Below, one piece after another: positions 8,234-17,343 of a DNA stretch of 64,000 bases. Source of the DNA: a virus (taxonomy: Duplodnaviria > Caudoviricetes); IMG/VR virus record IMGVR_UViG_3300036762_000188. One strand, given 5' to 3'. The notes beneath the pieces are model-generated. The model searched no databases. It was not told the DNA's origin and saw only the letters and a program-made list of their open reading frames with translations. Both the position numbers and the translations under genes were made by a program. Within the stretch, counting starts at the first letter, position 1. Each line of letters opens with the position of its first letter.

Positions 8234-10018
8234 ATGACCGAAACACTTAAAGTTTTAACTAAAGGCATGACCCCGTCTCAGATAGGTACTGCTATAAGCG
8301 CATCTGCTAATAGACAGGGCGTTATGTATACTGAGTTAGGCCTATCTCTTTTAGACCAGGGACGTTCTCCTTCTTATATATCTCAGGTTGACGCTGACAT
8401 GCAGACTCGCATGCGTAAGTTCGACCAGAAGGGTGTTTACGCGTGGCTTAAGCGTTGGACTAAGAACGGTTTTACCTACCTAGAGACGGCTGGTAAATCT
8501 GGAGACACTAACGAAGGATCACTGGCTCGTATACAACGCGATGTTCTGGAGCAGGATGTCCTACCGGATTATTGTAATATCTGGTTAGGAGGTAATGATA
8601 TTAACGCTCTGCAGAACTACCCTACTTCTGAGGCAGAAGTGGAAGCAATGAAGGCAGATCTAGAGGCTATCATACAGATACTACACGACAATAACATTAA
8701 GGTTATCCTGTCGATTCTACCTAATAACGGTCTGTGGATGACTCGCTATAACGCTATGTACGCCCAGAACCTATGGGAAGCATATTGTATAGAGCTAGGA
8801 CGTAAGGGTAAGGTAGCCGCTCTTATTAACTACGGGCCTCTTCTGGCAGATCCAGAAGCGGTAGTTCCACGCACTGGAGTGACCTTCAACCGCAACTCTA
8901 ACGTGGTAACTGTTAACTCTCCCGGGCACGGACTGATAACAGGCAATCGTATAGTGGTATCTGGAACTCCTAACCCATCATTCCAGAACAATAGTATGCC
9001 AGTGGGGTTCATTGTAACAGTAATTAACCCCAATACTTTTACTTATGATAATGTAGGCCCTAACGCTGTTACTATCGGCGATTTCGTTAAGGTAAACGTA
9101 CTTCAAGACAGTGTATCTGACGGTACTACTCACTTGACTACTGAAGGTGCGTGTAAAGCCGCTCATATGGCTCTACCTATATTCGAGAAGTTATTCCCTA
9201 TGCGTGACATCCTGTCAGCATCAGAGAATGATTTTATGAACCTAGTCGGAGTGACTAAGACTACCGCGGGTACACGCTGGAACCTTGGCATGATGTACGG
9301 TACAGGCGGTACTAAGAGTGGAAGCCCTCTGCCTACAGGGGTAGTAGCCCGTAGTTATGAGGTTAGGACTGTATCAGGTAACCCTACTAGCGTAACATGT
9401 TCTATAGAACAGGATGATTCTATAGCGTACAGCCAGTATCTATGGCAGCGCATTGACATTGTAGCTGGTGCTAGTGATTGTGAAGTATCATTCGAGATGG
9501 CGCATAGTAAGCCTACTAACTGGAGACTTAACTTCTCCGTTATCGCAGGCGGTTGGGTACGTCCCAACGTAGAGAACGGTTACTTCTATGTCAACGTAGG
9601 TAGTGCTACTGGTACTACTGGCACTGTAGAGCCTATATGGCCTACTAGGGTAGGGGAGAGAGTTACTGATGGTGATATAGTGTTCGAATGTCGTCTAGGT
9701 TTTATTGAGGGTGTTACTAAATGCTACGCAGCCGCAGCATATAAGATACCTGCATGTGATCCTCGAGCCATCCACGCTATAAGCTTCGGTATAATCGATA
9801 ACACTACAGGTGCTGACTCTATACTAGACTTTAACAATAACGTTGATCCTAACGGAGTAGCTCCTTATTATACAGCAGGGGAGGAAGGTCACTTCTGTAC
9901 ACCTGAGGCTGTATTAGGTGCTTCTGGTAGTTCGTTCACTATAGCCACTAAGATACGAGTGGCGGCTGGGAAATCGGCTTCTGTGATGATAGCCAGAAAC
10001 ACTTGGAGAGTAGTATAA
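8234..10018 (+). CDS. Tail spike/fibre protein with SGNH/GDSL esterase domain
   Basis: G-L-S-L block I, GKSGD, GGND block III, DGTTH block V; inserted beta module (VVTVNSPGHGLITGNRI); EPIWPT..G..VTDG repeat. Confidence 0.7.
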   Translation: MTETLKVLTKGMTPSQIGTAISASANRQGVMYTELGLSLLDQGRSPSYISQVDADMQTRMRKFDQKGVYAWLKRWTKNGFTYLETAGKSGDTNEGSLARIQRDVLEQDVLPDYCNIWLGGNDINALQNYPTSEAEVEAMKADLEAIIQILHDNNIKVILSILPNNGLWMTRYNAMYAQNLWEAYCIELGRKGKVAALINYGPLLADPEAVVPRTGVTFNRNSNVVTVNSPGHGLITGNRIVVSGTPNPSFQNNSMPVGFIVTVINPNTFTYDNVGPNAVTIGDFVKVNVLQDSVSDGTTHLTTEGACKAAHMALPIFEKLFPMRDILSASENDFMNLVGVTKTTAGTRWNLGMMYGTGGTKSGSPLPTGVVARSYEVRTVSGNPTSVTCSIEQDDSIAYSQYLWQRIDIVAGASDCEVSFEMAHSKPTNWRLNFSVIAGGWVRPNVENGYFYVNVGSATGTTGTVEPIWPTRVGERVTDGDIVFECRLGFIEGVTKCYAAAAYKIPACDPRAIHAISFGIIDNTTGADSILDFNNNVDPNGVAPYYTAGEEGHFCTPEAVLGASGSSFTIATKIRVAAGKSASVMIARNTWRVV

Positions 10019-10022
10019 TTAA

Positions 10023-10043
10023 AGGCCCTTCGGGGCCTTATTT
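10023..10043 (+). terminator. Rho-independent terminator-like hairpin
   Basis: AGGCCC-TTCG-GGGCCT followed by TATTT. Confidence 0.6.
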
Positions 10044-10053
10044 GTGAGGTAAT

Positions 10054-10221
10054 ATGAAGACATTTAAAGAAGTTACCGGTGGGTTGACTCCTGAAGAGAT
10101 AGGCACTAAGATAAAAGACGCAGTAGTCAGTGACGTTATAAGTAGTATCATACCTTTAACTCAAGCTGAATATGATGCATTAACCCCTGACCCTAACGTA
10201 TTATATATAATAACGGAGTAA
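10054..10221 (+). CDS. Short tail-fibre adaptor peptide (not in ORF track)
   Basis: GAGG RBS; MKTFKEVTGGLTPEEIGTKI...LTQAEYDALTPDPNVLYIITE; TQAEYDAL..D...LY is a tail-fibre motif. Confidence 0.7.
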   Translation: MKTFKEVTGGLTPEEIGTKIKDAVVSDVISSIIPLTQAEYDALTPDPNVLYIITE

Positions 10222-10223
10222 CT

Positions 10224-11627
10224 ATGGATTCCACAGCTGTAAAAGCATTTAGGGTTGGTGATAGTCCGGCCGTAGCTCAGTACCTAGGAGGAGTGCGCAC
10301 GGATTATAACCTACAGCGATATTTCCGCGATAATAATGGCGTGGGTGACTATTATCAGTTATTAGAACCTATAGTATTGTCTGGCGATTTTGAGTTTGAG
10401 TTAAGCGTATATATTGACGCAACAGGAACATTTCACCAACTGCTGTCAGGCATTGGGTTTACATTTAATGTCAAAGCGGATGACTCAATTATACTCTTTA
10501 AAAATGGATATATTAATAAGAGTTTCAACCAAAAAGTTATTAGAGGTAGTTTCAATACTATTATCATAAAACGGTTAGGTGGATTACTGATATGTGTTGT
10601 TAATGGTGTGTCAGAATCTTCAAATCAACCAGTGACTAATTTCAACATACAGGTAATTGCAGGTTGGTATGATTATGGAACACCATCGCCTTTGGAAGGT
10701 ATTGTTGCTGGTCTAAAAATCTGGCAAGGAGGCGACCGGAACAGTGATAATAGCGTACTAACAGACTGGTACAAATTCGATAACCCTAACTCTGCTTATC
10801 AGCGCAATTATGTAGTGGCGCAGGGTGAAAACCTATGCTTAGAGGAGCCAGTCTACCTTGGTATGGGGTGGACTCAAATAGTTGACGGTTTTACGGCTAA
10901 CACAGAAAACTACACAGGTGTTATGTGGAGCGGTGCTATTGAGGGCGAGACATACCTAATTTCTTGTTATCAATACGACATAGAAAATCCAGGCTTGTCT
11001 AGTAGCGGTAGCTTAGAGGGTGACGATTGGCGCTACAGCGAAATTGATGGCGTCAGATATTGGTTAGTTACAGCCTCTTCGTCCGGCAGATTGGGCTTTA
11101 AAGCTGACAATAATGGTATCTTTAAAATCAAAGACTGTTCTATACAAAAATGGTCAGGCGCAGAGATTATAGGAGGGATGCCAAAGGATTGGTTTAAGGT
11201 TGAAAGGCAGCCGCATTGGGATTATTGGTTAGGGCCTGAGCTATCTCCTAACTTAACGATGGACACTGATTTATACGGCTGGGCTGGATCCGGGGTTGAT
11301 GACGGTTACTGGTTTTGGGATAACGGTCGTGCCGCTTGCGCGGGTTTAAACTCCTACAATCATAATATTGCTAAATATGGAATTTTTGAACTTGGCAATA
11401 CTTACCGAATTTCTTACGACGGCTGGGTTGATAATGCGGGATTCGGGCATCAAGACGGTGGTAATCAGGTAATCCCAGAGTTAACAATTAATACATTGGT
11501 AAATCACGTTGAGCACGACTGGGTTGCTGATTCTTCAAACTTTAATATTAAGCGAACAATAGGGACTGTCAATAACGGCTGGTTGGATAACGTATCTATC
11601 CGCAGAAAACTGGAGATAGCCCAATGA
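10224..11627 (+). CDS. Tail fibre / receptor-binding protein (LamG plus carbohydrate-binding-like domains)
   Basis: N-terminal G.....YLG adaptor, LamG-like region, C-terminal NGWLDNVSIR CBM-like end. Confidence 0.65.
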   Translation: MDSTAVKAFRVGDSPAVAQYLGGVRTDYNLQRYFRDNNGVGDYYQLLEPIVLSGDFEFELSVYIDATGTFHQLLSGIGFTFNVKADDSIILFKNGYINKSFNQKVIRGSFNTIIIKRLGGLLICVVNGVSESSNQPVTNFNIQVIAGWYDYGTPSPLEGIVAGLKIWQGGDRNSDNSVLTDWYKFDNPNSAYQRNYVVAQGENLCLEEPVYLGMGWTQIVDGFTANTENYTGVMWSGAIEGETYLISCYQYDIENPGLSSSGSLEGDDWRYSEIDGVRYWLVTASSSGRLGFKADNNGIFKIKDCSIQKWSGAEIIGGMPKDWFKVERQPHWDYWLGPELSPNLTMDTDLYGWAGSGVDDGYWFWDNGRAACAGLNSYNHNIAKYGIFELGNTYRISYDGWVDNAGFGHQDGGNQVIPELTINTLVNHVEHDWVADSSNFNIKRTIGTVNNGWLDNVSIRRKLEIAQ

Positions 11628-11977
11628 TTTCCAGTCGCCTTCCGAATCACGCTGTATCAATAAATCTAGCGGGTACAGCAACGCACCGAGTGGAAACCAC
11701 GGGTGCGGTTACTGCGTTAACCGTTGCGCTGGCAATAACGATCACTAAAGCCGGTGTGCCGCTGGATTTAGAATTATTCCGCGGTTTTGATTTATTAAAC
11801 ATTGATCCAGAAACTGGCGAGCAAACAGAAATCACGCCTATCGGTTATTTATCTAACGAAGAATTCCGTGCGTTAAATCAAATGATCGAAGCTGAGACTC
11901 TACCGGCGAGCTGGGAGGAGATAGACGCTCTAGTCGAGGAGATGAGGTCTCTTAATGAGGAATCAATTACTGGGTAA
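11624..11977 (+). CDS. Hypothetical protein, possible fibre chaperone
   Basis: Coupled to the fibre gene by an ATGA overlap. Confidence 0.5.
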   Translation: MISSRLPNHAVSINLAGTATHRVETTGAVTALTVALAITITKAGVPLDLELFRGFDLLNIDPETGEQTEITPIGYLSNEEFRALNQMIEAETLPASWEEIDALVEEMRSLNEESITG

Positions 11978-11995
11978 ACCGTGTTATAAGTATAG

Positions 11996-12018
11996 AGGCA
12001 GCTTAGGCTGCCTTTTTT
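11996..12018 (+). terminator. Rho-independent terminator
   Basis: AGGCAGC-TTAG-GCTGCCT-TTTTT. Confidence 0.75.
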
Positions 12019-12033
12019 GTGTCCGGAGGTTTT

Positions 12034-12414
12034 ATGGAAACGTTAGACATACATAATGAACTACTCAGCCTACAATTAGATGCTATGACCAGTGATCGTG
12101 CTAACATACGATACTGTGAGCTACAGGAAGAGTTAGACAGGCGGCTAGGATTCTTTAAGATAGTAGACTATCCCGCCGGCTACCACTTGCTAGGAACCCA
12201 GGTATGCACAGGTCACGTACCCAATAGTATACAGCTTGACATAAGAGTACCGGTCAAGCCTGAGTACTACGTAGATGCCTGTATGCGGGTTCAGGGAGGT
12301 CCTGATGCGGGTCATATACGAGTGGGTAACTTCTTCGCCACTTACGCAGAGGCCCGCTCAGCCGCCGCTAAAATGAAAGAGTTACTTAAGGATTTGAAAT
12401 GTGTAAAACACTGA
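12034..12414 (+). CDS. Hypothetical protein
   Basis: GGAGG RBS before ATG 12034; GNFFATYAEA motif is common in phage proteins. Confidence 0.6.
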   Translation: METLDIHNELLSLQLDAMTSDRANIRYCELQEELDRRLGFFKIVDYPAGYHLLGTQVCTGHVPNSIQLDIRVPVKPEYYVDACMRVQGGPDAGHIRVGNFFATYAEARSAAAKMKELLKDLKCVKH

Positions 12415-12421
12415 GGTCTAT

Positions 12422-12637
12422 ATGTTAATGTCACGTAAGTCATATGAGGATACTATGCTAGACATAAACACCTTAAACCATAGGATTAAAGCTACTTTAA
12501 TCACGGATAGTTGGCCGGTGACACGTAGGTGCATGGGCCTGACTAACATTACAGTAGTAAGGGACTATTTATCATCTCTAGGCTGGAATGTACTCGTGGC
12601 CGGTAGGGATATTACTGTGGATAAGCCTTATGATTAG
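12422..12637 (+). CDS. Hypothetical protein (paralog of next gene)
   Basis: MS...Y..T...I......I......WP....L..LGW pattern shared with 12630-12827. Confidence 0.55.
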   Translation: MLMSRKSYEDTMLDINTLNHRIKATLITDSWPVTRRCMGLTNITVVRDYLSSLGWNVLVAGRDITVDKPYD

Positions 12638-12827
12638 TGCAGAAGACTATTTAAAGACCAGAAACGTTATAAGTAATATAGATTGTGAGATTCGTAAGAA
12701 TATCATCAATCCAGTATGGCCTATAGTAGCGCCCTATGTCCCGGATGTGTTTAACGTACTAACAGAGTTAGGTTGGTACATTGATCTTGACGGGGATTTT
12801 ATGAACATACACCCAAGGAAGCCATGA
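12630..12827 (+). CDS. Hypothetical protein
   Basis: Paralog of the preceding ORF; likely start at ATG 12630. Confidence 0.55.
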   Translation: MISAEDYLKTRNVISNIDCEIRKNIINPVWPIVAPYVPDVFNVLTELGWYIDLDGDFMNIHPRKP

Positions 12828-13150
12828 TGAAAAAAGTAATAGCAGTAGCGATTGTAGCAGTGATTTTAATCACTTTAGGAATGGTTAAAAATAACCGCGG
12901 CTTTACCGAGCGTCGCGCCTATGCTAACGCCGATGTATTTATCACTAGTAATAAGATAGATGTTAAGCGCGTCACCTGCGCTGGCGATAGCGATAATGAT
13001 GGCTACGGCAGCTGCACTGTGGTAGCTCAGGATGATAGTAAGATCCGCCTGGACTGCCCTACAGACTTCGTTAATGTTTACATATTCCAGGCGCGTAGCT
13101 GTAAGGAAGTATTCATTAACTTTGGTATCATGCCTAATAGCGCTGGGTGA
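12824..13150 (+). CDS. Membrane-anchored/exported protein with Cys-rich DSDNDGYGSC motif
   Basis: N-terminal TM; CAGDSDNDGYGSC...C...CK. Confidence 0.65.
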   Translation: MMKKVIAVAIVAVILITLGMVKNNRGFTERRAYANADVFITSNKIDVKRVTCAGDSDNDGYGSCTVVAQDDSKIRLDCPTDFVNVYIFQARSCKEVFINFGIMPNSAG

Positions 13151-13594
13151 ACCTGTTCTTCTTAGATATGGATCCCGTCCTAGCGGCACAATATCAGTGT
13201 GACCAGCACGTAGTTAAAAATGCCTACAGAGACAGCTCAGATGCTCTGTACGGCACACTACGTGCTAGACGGTAGTAACGTATGGAAACCTTCTTATATA
13301 AACCACCCGTGTAACGTGTGGATACGGGAGTCCATAGAGAATTATGAATGGGCAGCTCTTCACTACAGTGCTTTGTACGACGAGTTTCGTAGGCGCTATA
13401 AGCCTTACCACCGCTCGTTCTTTGAGCACCTTACTCACCCTCCTTTAAACATCCCCAACCGGGGTTTCACTCAACCTCCTCTATGCATGCCGGACGAGTA
13501 CGCTGGATACGACCTGGTAGAATCTTACCGGGCGTACTATCGTAGCAAGACGTTCGCACGCTGGAGATATACTGATAAGCCGGAGTGGCTATAG
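13147..13594 (+). pseudogene. Pyrimidine-dimer DNA glycosylase (DenV-like), frameshifted
   Basis: GTG 13147 gives MNLFFLDMDPVLAAQYQCDQHVVK, continuing in the +1 frame as MPTETAQML..NHPCNVW..CMPDEY..ESYRAYY; one extra A in the A5 run at 13216-13220. Confidence 0.75.
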
Positions 13595-13655
13595 ATGATA
13601 CAGAACGGTACCTCTCCTAGCTGTCGGTTAGAGAACATTCAAGTAGGTAAGCACA

Positions 13656-13934
13656 ATGATTAAACCGGGATTGATGGTTACATTCACTGTAGTAGACACG
13701 GGCGTGAAGGTTTACAGCTTCGGGCTATCAGAGGAGGATGTATCCTTGTACCGTAGGCTGAACGACATCAGCGACGCTGTTAGAAGTTTTCTGGATGTAA
13801 AGGGTAGTGACCTGTATGACTGTAGTGATATAGATCACTATATCAACCTAGTAGGTTCTGATGACGGATTCTTATACACCATGCGTGACTTCAAGGTATA
13901 CAATATAACATCAGTAGAGCTGACTGAATGCTAA
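13656..13934 (+). CDS. Hypothetical protein (paralog 1 of 3)
   Basis: IKPG..VTF..GL.E.D...YRRL..ISDA..ID.Y. Confidence 0.6.
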   Translation: MIKPGLMVTFTVVDTGVKVYSFGLSEEDVSLYRRLNDISDAVRSFLDVKGSDLYDCSDIDHYINLVGSDDGFLYTMRDFKVYNITSVELTEC

Positions 13935-14227
13935 AGATTAAGTCAGGCATAGCGGCTACTTTTACTACGAGTGAGGGGGATTACGACTACGTCAGAGATG
14001 AAGCTGTGTATGGACTTGATGAGTCTGACATCCCTAAGTACCGCCGTCTATGTGCGTTAAGCGACGCTATGGTGAACGGTAGTATGAAGGGGTTGACCGG
14101 ATTTACTCAGGAAGAGATCGATCTATATAAATCTGTAATAGGTTACGCAGAACACTCTGACTATAGAAATGTAGAGATGATGAGGTTTTATTTAGTAGAA
14201 TGCACTTTTAAACCATACGGGAAATAA
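13928..14227 (+). CDS. Hypothetical protein (paralog 2 of 3)
   Basis: IKSG...TF..GLDESD..YRRLCALSDA..IDLY. Confidence 0.6.
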   Translation: MLKIKSGIAATFTTSEGDYDYVRDEAVYGLDESDIPKYRRLCALSDAMVNGSMKGLTGFTQEEIDLYKSVIGYAEHSDYRNVEMMRFYLVECTFKPYGK

Positions 14228-14228
14228 T

Positions 14229-14534
14229 ATGATCAACGCGAAGCCAGGCCGGGCACTGGAAGTGGTAATTGAAGGGGCCACTCATACCTACTATGACTGC
14301 TCTCCAGAGTATCTAGCCAAATGGGATACCTTCCGTGAGTTAAGTGATCTCATCGAAAACTCACGTATAGCAGGGCACTTTAATGTACCTAAGGACAGAT
14401 GGGGTGATATGCATGATTACTGTGAAGTCGTAGGCTCTATGGTACCTGTAGACTCTATCACCACGTTCTTATTAGCATTAGAAGAGAAAGATGACACAAT
14501 TATCTTGACTCTGTCTGATATAACAGTAAAATAA
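14229..14534 (+). CDS. Hypothetical protein (more distant paralog 3)
   Basis: AKPG....V..FRELSDL..Y..VVGS. Confidence 0.55.
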   Translation: MINAKPGRALEVVIEGATHTYYDCSPEYLAKWDTFRELSDLIENSRIAGHFNVPKDRWGDMHDYCEVVGSMVPVDSITTFLLALEEKDDTIILTLSDITVK

Positions 14535-14538
14535 TAGT

Positions 14539-14618
14539 GGGGCTGTGGTGGAATTGGCAGACACGCTGGACTTAGAATCCAGTGCTTAGGCGTGAGGGTT
14601 CGACCCACGGCCCTACCA
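14539..14618 (+). tRNA. tRNA-Leu(TAG) with truncated T arm
   Basis: D loop GGAATTGGCAGACAC; anticodon arm CTGGA-CTTAGAA-TCCAG; variable arm; CCA; T arm about 3 nt short. Confidence 0.75.
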
Positions 14619-14627
14619 AGGATTATT

Positions 14628-14852
14628 ATGGAAATAGAGTATACTGCAGTACTAACCGGTAGATGCTTAGAGTTATCTGAGAGATATTTAAAATACCGCG
14701 ACGTGCCCATACCCTGCCGTAAGCGATATAAACAACATGCCGATAGGGTGTTAGAGCACTTATCTAATATGCTAAGGAGGAAGGGTATAGTTAACTTCCG
14801 TGTAACTACTAATCGGGACGTACATCGTGTTTTCTGGCCGTTAGCTCAGTAG
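14628..14852 (+). CDS. Hypothetical basic protein
   Basis: AGGA RBS before ATG 14628; 3' end overlaps tRNA-Lys. Confidence 0.45.
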   Translation: MEIEYTAVLTGRCLELSERYLKYRDVPIPCRKRYKQHADRVLEHLSNMLRRKGIVNFRVTTNRDVHRVFWPLAQ

Positions 14853-14910
14853 GTAGAGCACGGGGCTTTTAACCTCGTGGTCCTGGGTTCGAGTCCCAGA
14901 CGGTCAACCA
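14835..14910 (+). tRNA. tRNA-Lys(TTT)
   Basis: TGGCCGT/ACGGTCA acceptor; CGGGG-CTTTTAA-CCTCG; CCA. Confidence 0.93.
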
Positions 14911-14913
14911 TTC

Positions 14914-14940
14914 AAGGCAGCTTCGGCTGCCTTTTTCTTT
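14914..14940 (+). terminator. Rho-independent terminator
   Basis: AAGGCAGC-TTCG-GCTGCCTT-TTT. Confidence 0.8.
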
Positions 14941-14949
14941 GGGTGAAAT

Positions 14950-15168
14950 ATGAACATATTTAAGAGATTATACATAGCGCTGACATACGGGCCTGAGCTG
15001 GAGACCATGTTAGCTCAGATACGTAAAGAAGCCGAGGATAAAGAAGCCAAGCGCACCGAGGAGTTTGTATTCCTATGTGCCCGCCATCAACCTAAATATC
15101 CAGGGTATGAAAGTGGTATAACAGACTGTGCAGTGTGTAGGGACATATACCTTAGTGACGGGGTTTAG
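14950..15168 (+). CDS. Hypothetical protein, possible Zn-binding
   Basis: CARH...CAVC. Confidence 0.55.
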   Translation: MNIFKRLYIALTYGPELETMLAQIRKEAEDKEAKRTEEFVFLCARHQPKYPGYESGITDCAVCRDIYLSDGV

Positions 15169-15627
15169 ATGATACTACTAAAAGTAACGCTAGAGTGTAG
15201 TGATGGATTCGATGAACCTTATACGGAGGTACTCAATATGTTTACCGACGTAGACGTTAAGTGTATGTATCAACTATTCACCCTACCCCTAGATTTAGAA
15301 TACCTGATTAAGTACCGTGCATCCGTAAGCAGCGCTAAGGTCAGTATACACTTCTTCCCTCACAGCCCTTTCCTGGAAAAACATTTAGTTCAGACTGATC
15401 TAACCTCCTTAATTAACCTAGCCAGTATACCTATGAACTCGGAGTTGCTCAAAGAGTTTCAGGAGTATTATAAGGCTGGTATACTGGACGTGCCTACCGC
15501 TTTAATAACGTTCTTCAAGGAGAAGGGTATACCCTATCAGCCTATACCTGTAGAGACCTTCCGCTGTAACAAGGATTTAATCTGGTGTATTTTAGAGATT
15601 AACGCTAATAGGGACATAGTATGCTGA
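15169..15627 (+). CDS. Hypothetical protein
   Basis: Abuts neighbouring ORFs. Confidence 0.5.
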   Translation: MILLKVTLECSDGFDEPYTEVLNMFTDVDVKCMYQLFTLPLDLEYLIKYRASVSSAKVSIHFFPHSPFLEKHLVQTDLTSLINLASIPMNSELLKEFQEYYKAGILDVPTALITFFKEKGIPYQPIPVETFRCNKDLIWCILEINANRDIVC

Positions 15628-16610
15628 CTAGACAGGAGTTTAGAGAAGCGGTGCTCGCCAGGGACGGCGGCTGCGTGTTCTGCGATAAGCCTGCAGTGGA
15701 TGCACATCATATCCTAGAGCGCAGGCTATGGCCTGACGGCGGATATCACCTGGATAACGGAGTGGCAGTATGCTCCGACCATCACATGGAGTGCGAGAAG
15801 ACTTTAATATCTGTAGAAGACGTACGTTTAGCCTGCGGAGTCAAGACTGTAGTACCACCACATCTATATGCAGATCAGGCCTATGATAAGTGGGGTAACC
15901 CTATTCTAGAGAATGGTATGCGCCTACGCGGGGAACTATTCTTCGACGAGAGTGTACAGAAGGTCCTGTCCGAAGTACTGCATCTATTCGTTCATTGGGT
16001 TAAATACCCGCGTACTCATCACTTACCTTGGTCTGAAGGTATTAACAGTGACGACCGTATAATACCCTCGCTAGATGGTCTACAGGGCGATGTAGTGGTC
16101 ACTGAGAAGATGGACGGCGAGAATACTACTATGTATAGGGATTATATACACGCTCGTAGTGTAGATGGTAGGAGCCACCCTAGCCGCAGTTGGGTTAAGC
16201 AGTTCTGGAGTACCATATGCGCAGATATACCTGAAGGCTGGCGTATATGTGGGGAGAATATGTACGCGCAGCACTCTATAGCATACGATGCGCTTCCATC
16301 GTATTTCCTCGGATTCTCTATATGGAACGAGCATAATGTATGCCTGCCGTGGGATGAGACCCTGGAATGGTTCGAGCTACTAGGTATAACCCCTGTGCCT
16401 GTGATATACCGCGGTGTCTTCAGTGACAGTATACGAGATATCAAGAATGAGTGGGGTACTTGTGAAGGCTACGTGATAAGATCTACGGGCCCTATAGCAT
16501 ACGGTGAATTTAAACATAAGATAGCTAAGTTCGTAAGGGCCGGACATATCCAGACGATTAAACACTGGATGTATGGTCAACCTATTATACCTAACAAGCT
16601 GAGGTCGTGA
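15621..16610 (+). CDS. HNH endonuclease domain fused to an ATP-dependent RNA ligase domain
   Basis: RDGGCVFC..DAHHI..NGVAVCSDHH (HNH); KYPRTHHLPWS, TEKMDGEN (motif I), GENMYAQHS, EGYVIR, KFVR. Confidence 0.85.
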   Translation: MLTRQEFREAVLARDGGCVFCDKPAVDAHHILERRLWPDGGYHLDNGVAVCSDHHMECEKTLISVEDVRLACGVKTVVPPHLYADQAYDKWGNPILENGMRLRGELFFDESVQKVLSEVLHLFVHWVKYPRTHHLPWSEGINSDDRIIPSLDGLQGDVVVTEKMDGENTTMYRDYIHARSVDGRSHPSRSWVKQFWSTICADIPEGWRICGENMYAQHSIAYDALPSYFLGFSIWNEHNVCLPWDETLEWFELLGITPVPVIYRGVFSDSIRDIKNEWGTCEGYVIRSTGPIAYGEFKHKIAKFVRAGHIQTIKHWMYGQPIIPNKLRS

Positions 16611-16752
16611 TGTACTGTCTACCTTATACCGAGCGCTCTATACGGCTCGAGGAGTTAAGAGAATTATAATTTCATAATGAGGGGTTTTATGAAATTATAG
16701 TTACATAAAGCCCTCCATTATAGGTATAAGTACTATAGTCAAAGGAGGCAAT

Positions 16753-17022
16753 ATGAAAACTGTATATCAAGTAAACCCTGAAAAAATGAAAGAAGTATAT
16801 GCTGCACTGAATGATATGGCTGTAGTCCACGGTGATGTAGAGGTAGACTCTACTCTATGGTGCCGCCGAGCAGAGGCCGCATGCCAATTAGACATGAAGG
16901 CCTGCACGGTCACACTAGTAGGTTATGCCGAATCTGTACGTAAGTACTTCGGTAGTATGTTCGCGGATTACCCTGTAATATTCTCCATGCGTGACATGGA
17001 TATCAATCGCTTTGTAAAGTAA
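16753..17022 (+). CDS. Hypothetical protein
   Basis: AGGAGG RBS; TATAAGTA upstream; terminator downstream. Confidence 0.65.
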   Translation: MKTVYQVNPEKMKEVYAALNDMAVVHGDVEVDSTLWCRRAEAACQLDMKACTVTLVGYAESVRKYFGSMFADYPVIFSMRDMDINRFVK

Positions 17023-17042
17023 CTCCACCTTAGCCTAATGGC

Positions 17043-17103
17043 ACCCTTGTACTACAAGGGTTTTTTTTAGTATACGACCCCCTTGTACCACAGGGGAGTT
17101 TTT
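17043..17103 (+). terminator. Tandem near-duplicate terminator hairpins
   Basis: ACCCTTGT-ACT-ACAAGGGT-TTTTTTT, then CCCCTTGT-ACC-ACAGGGG-AGTTTTT. Confidence 0.6.
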
Positions 17104-17136
17104 CAGTTAGAATTACTATAGGGTTATGGAGTAGCT

Positions 17137-17343
17137 ATGGACACTAAAGAAATAATTGAGTTTATCGAAGATAATACGACAGGCGGTAATTACTTAGTAG
17201 TAATCAATTATTATGTTGAAGACTTATTAAGATACGCACCTGCCGAGTTACAAAATCGAGCACAACGCATACTTAGTAGTGCAGGTGTTCGTAGCGGGGC
17301 CGGACGGAGCATGGGTATACATATAAGGAGTAGACATGACTAA
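17137..17343 (+). CDS. Hypothetical protein
   Basis: GGAG RBS. Confidence 0.5.
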   Translation: MDTKEIIEFIEDNTTGGNYLVVINYYVEDLLRYAPAELQNRAQRILSSAGVRSGAGRSMGIHIRSRHD

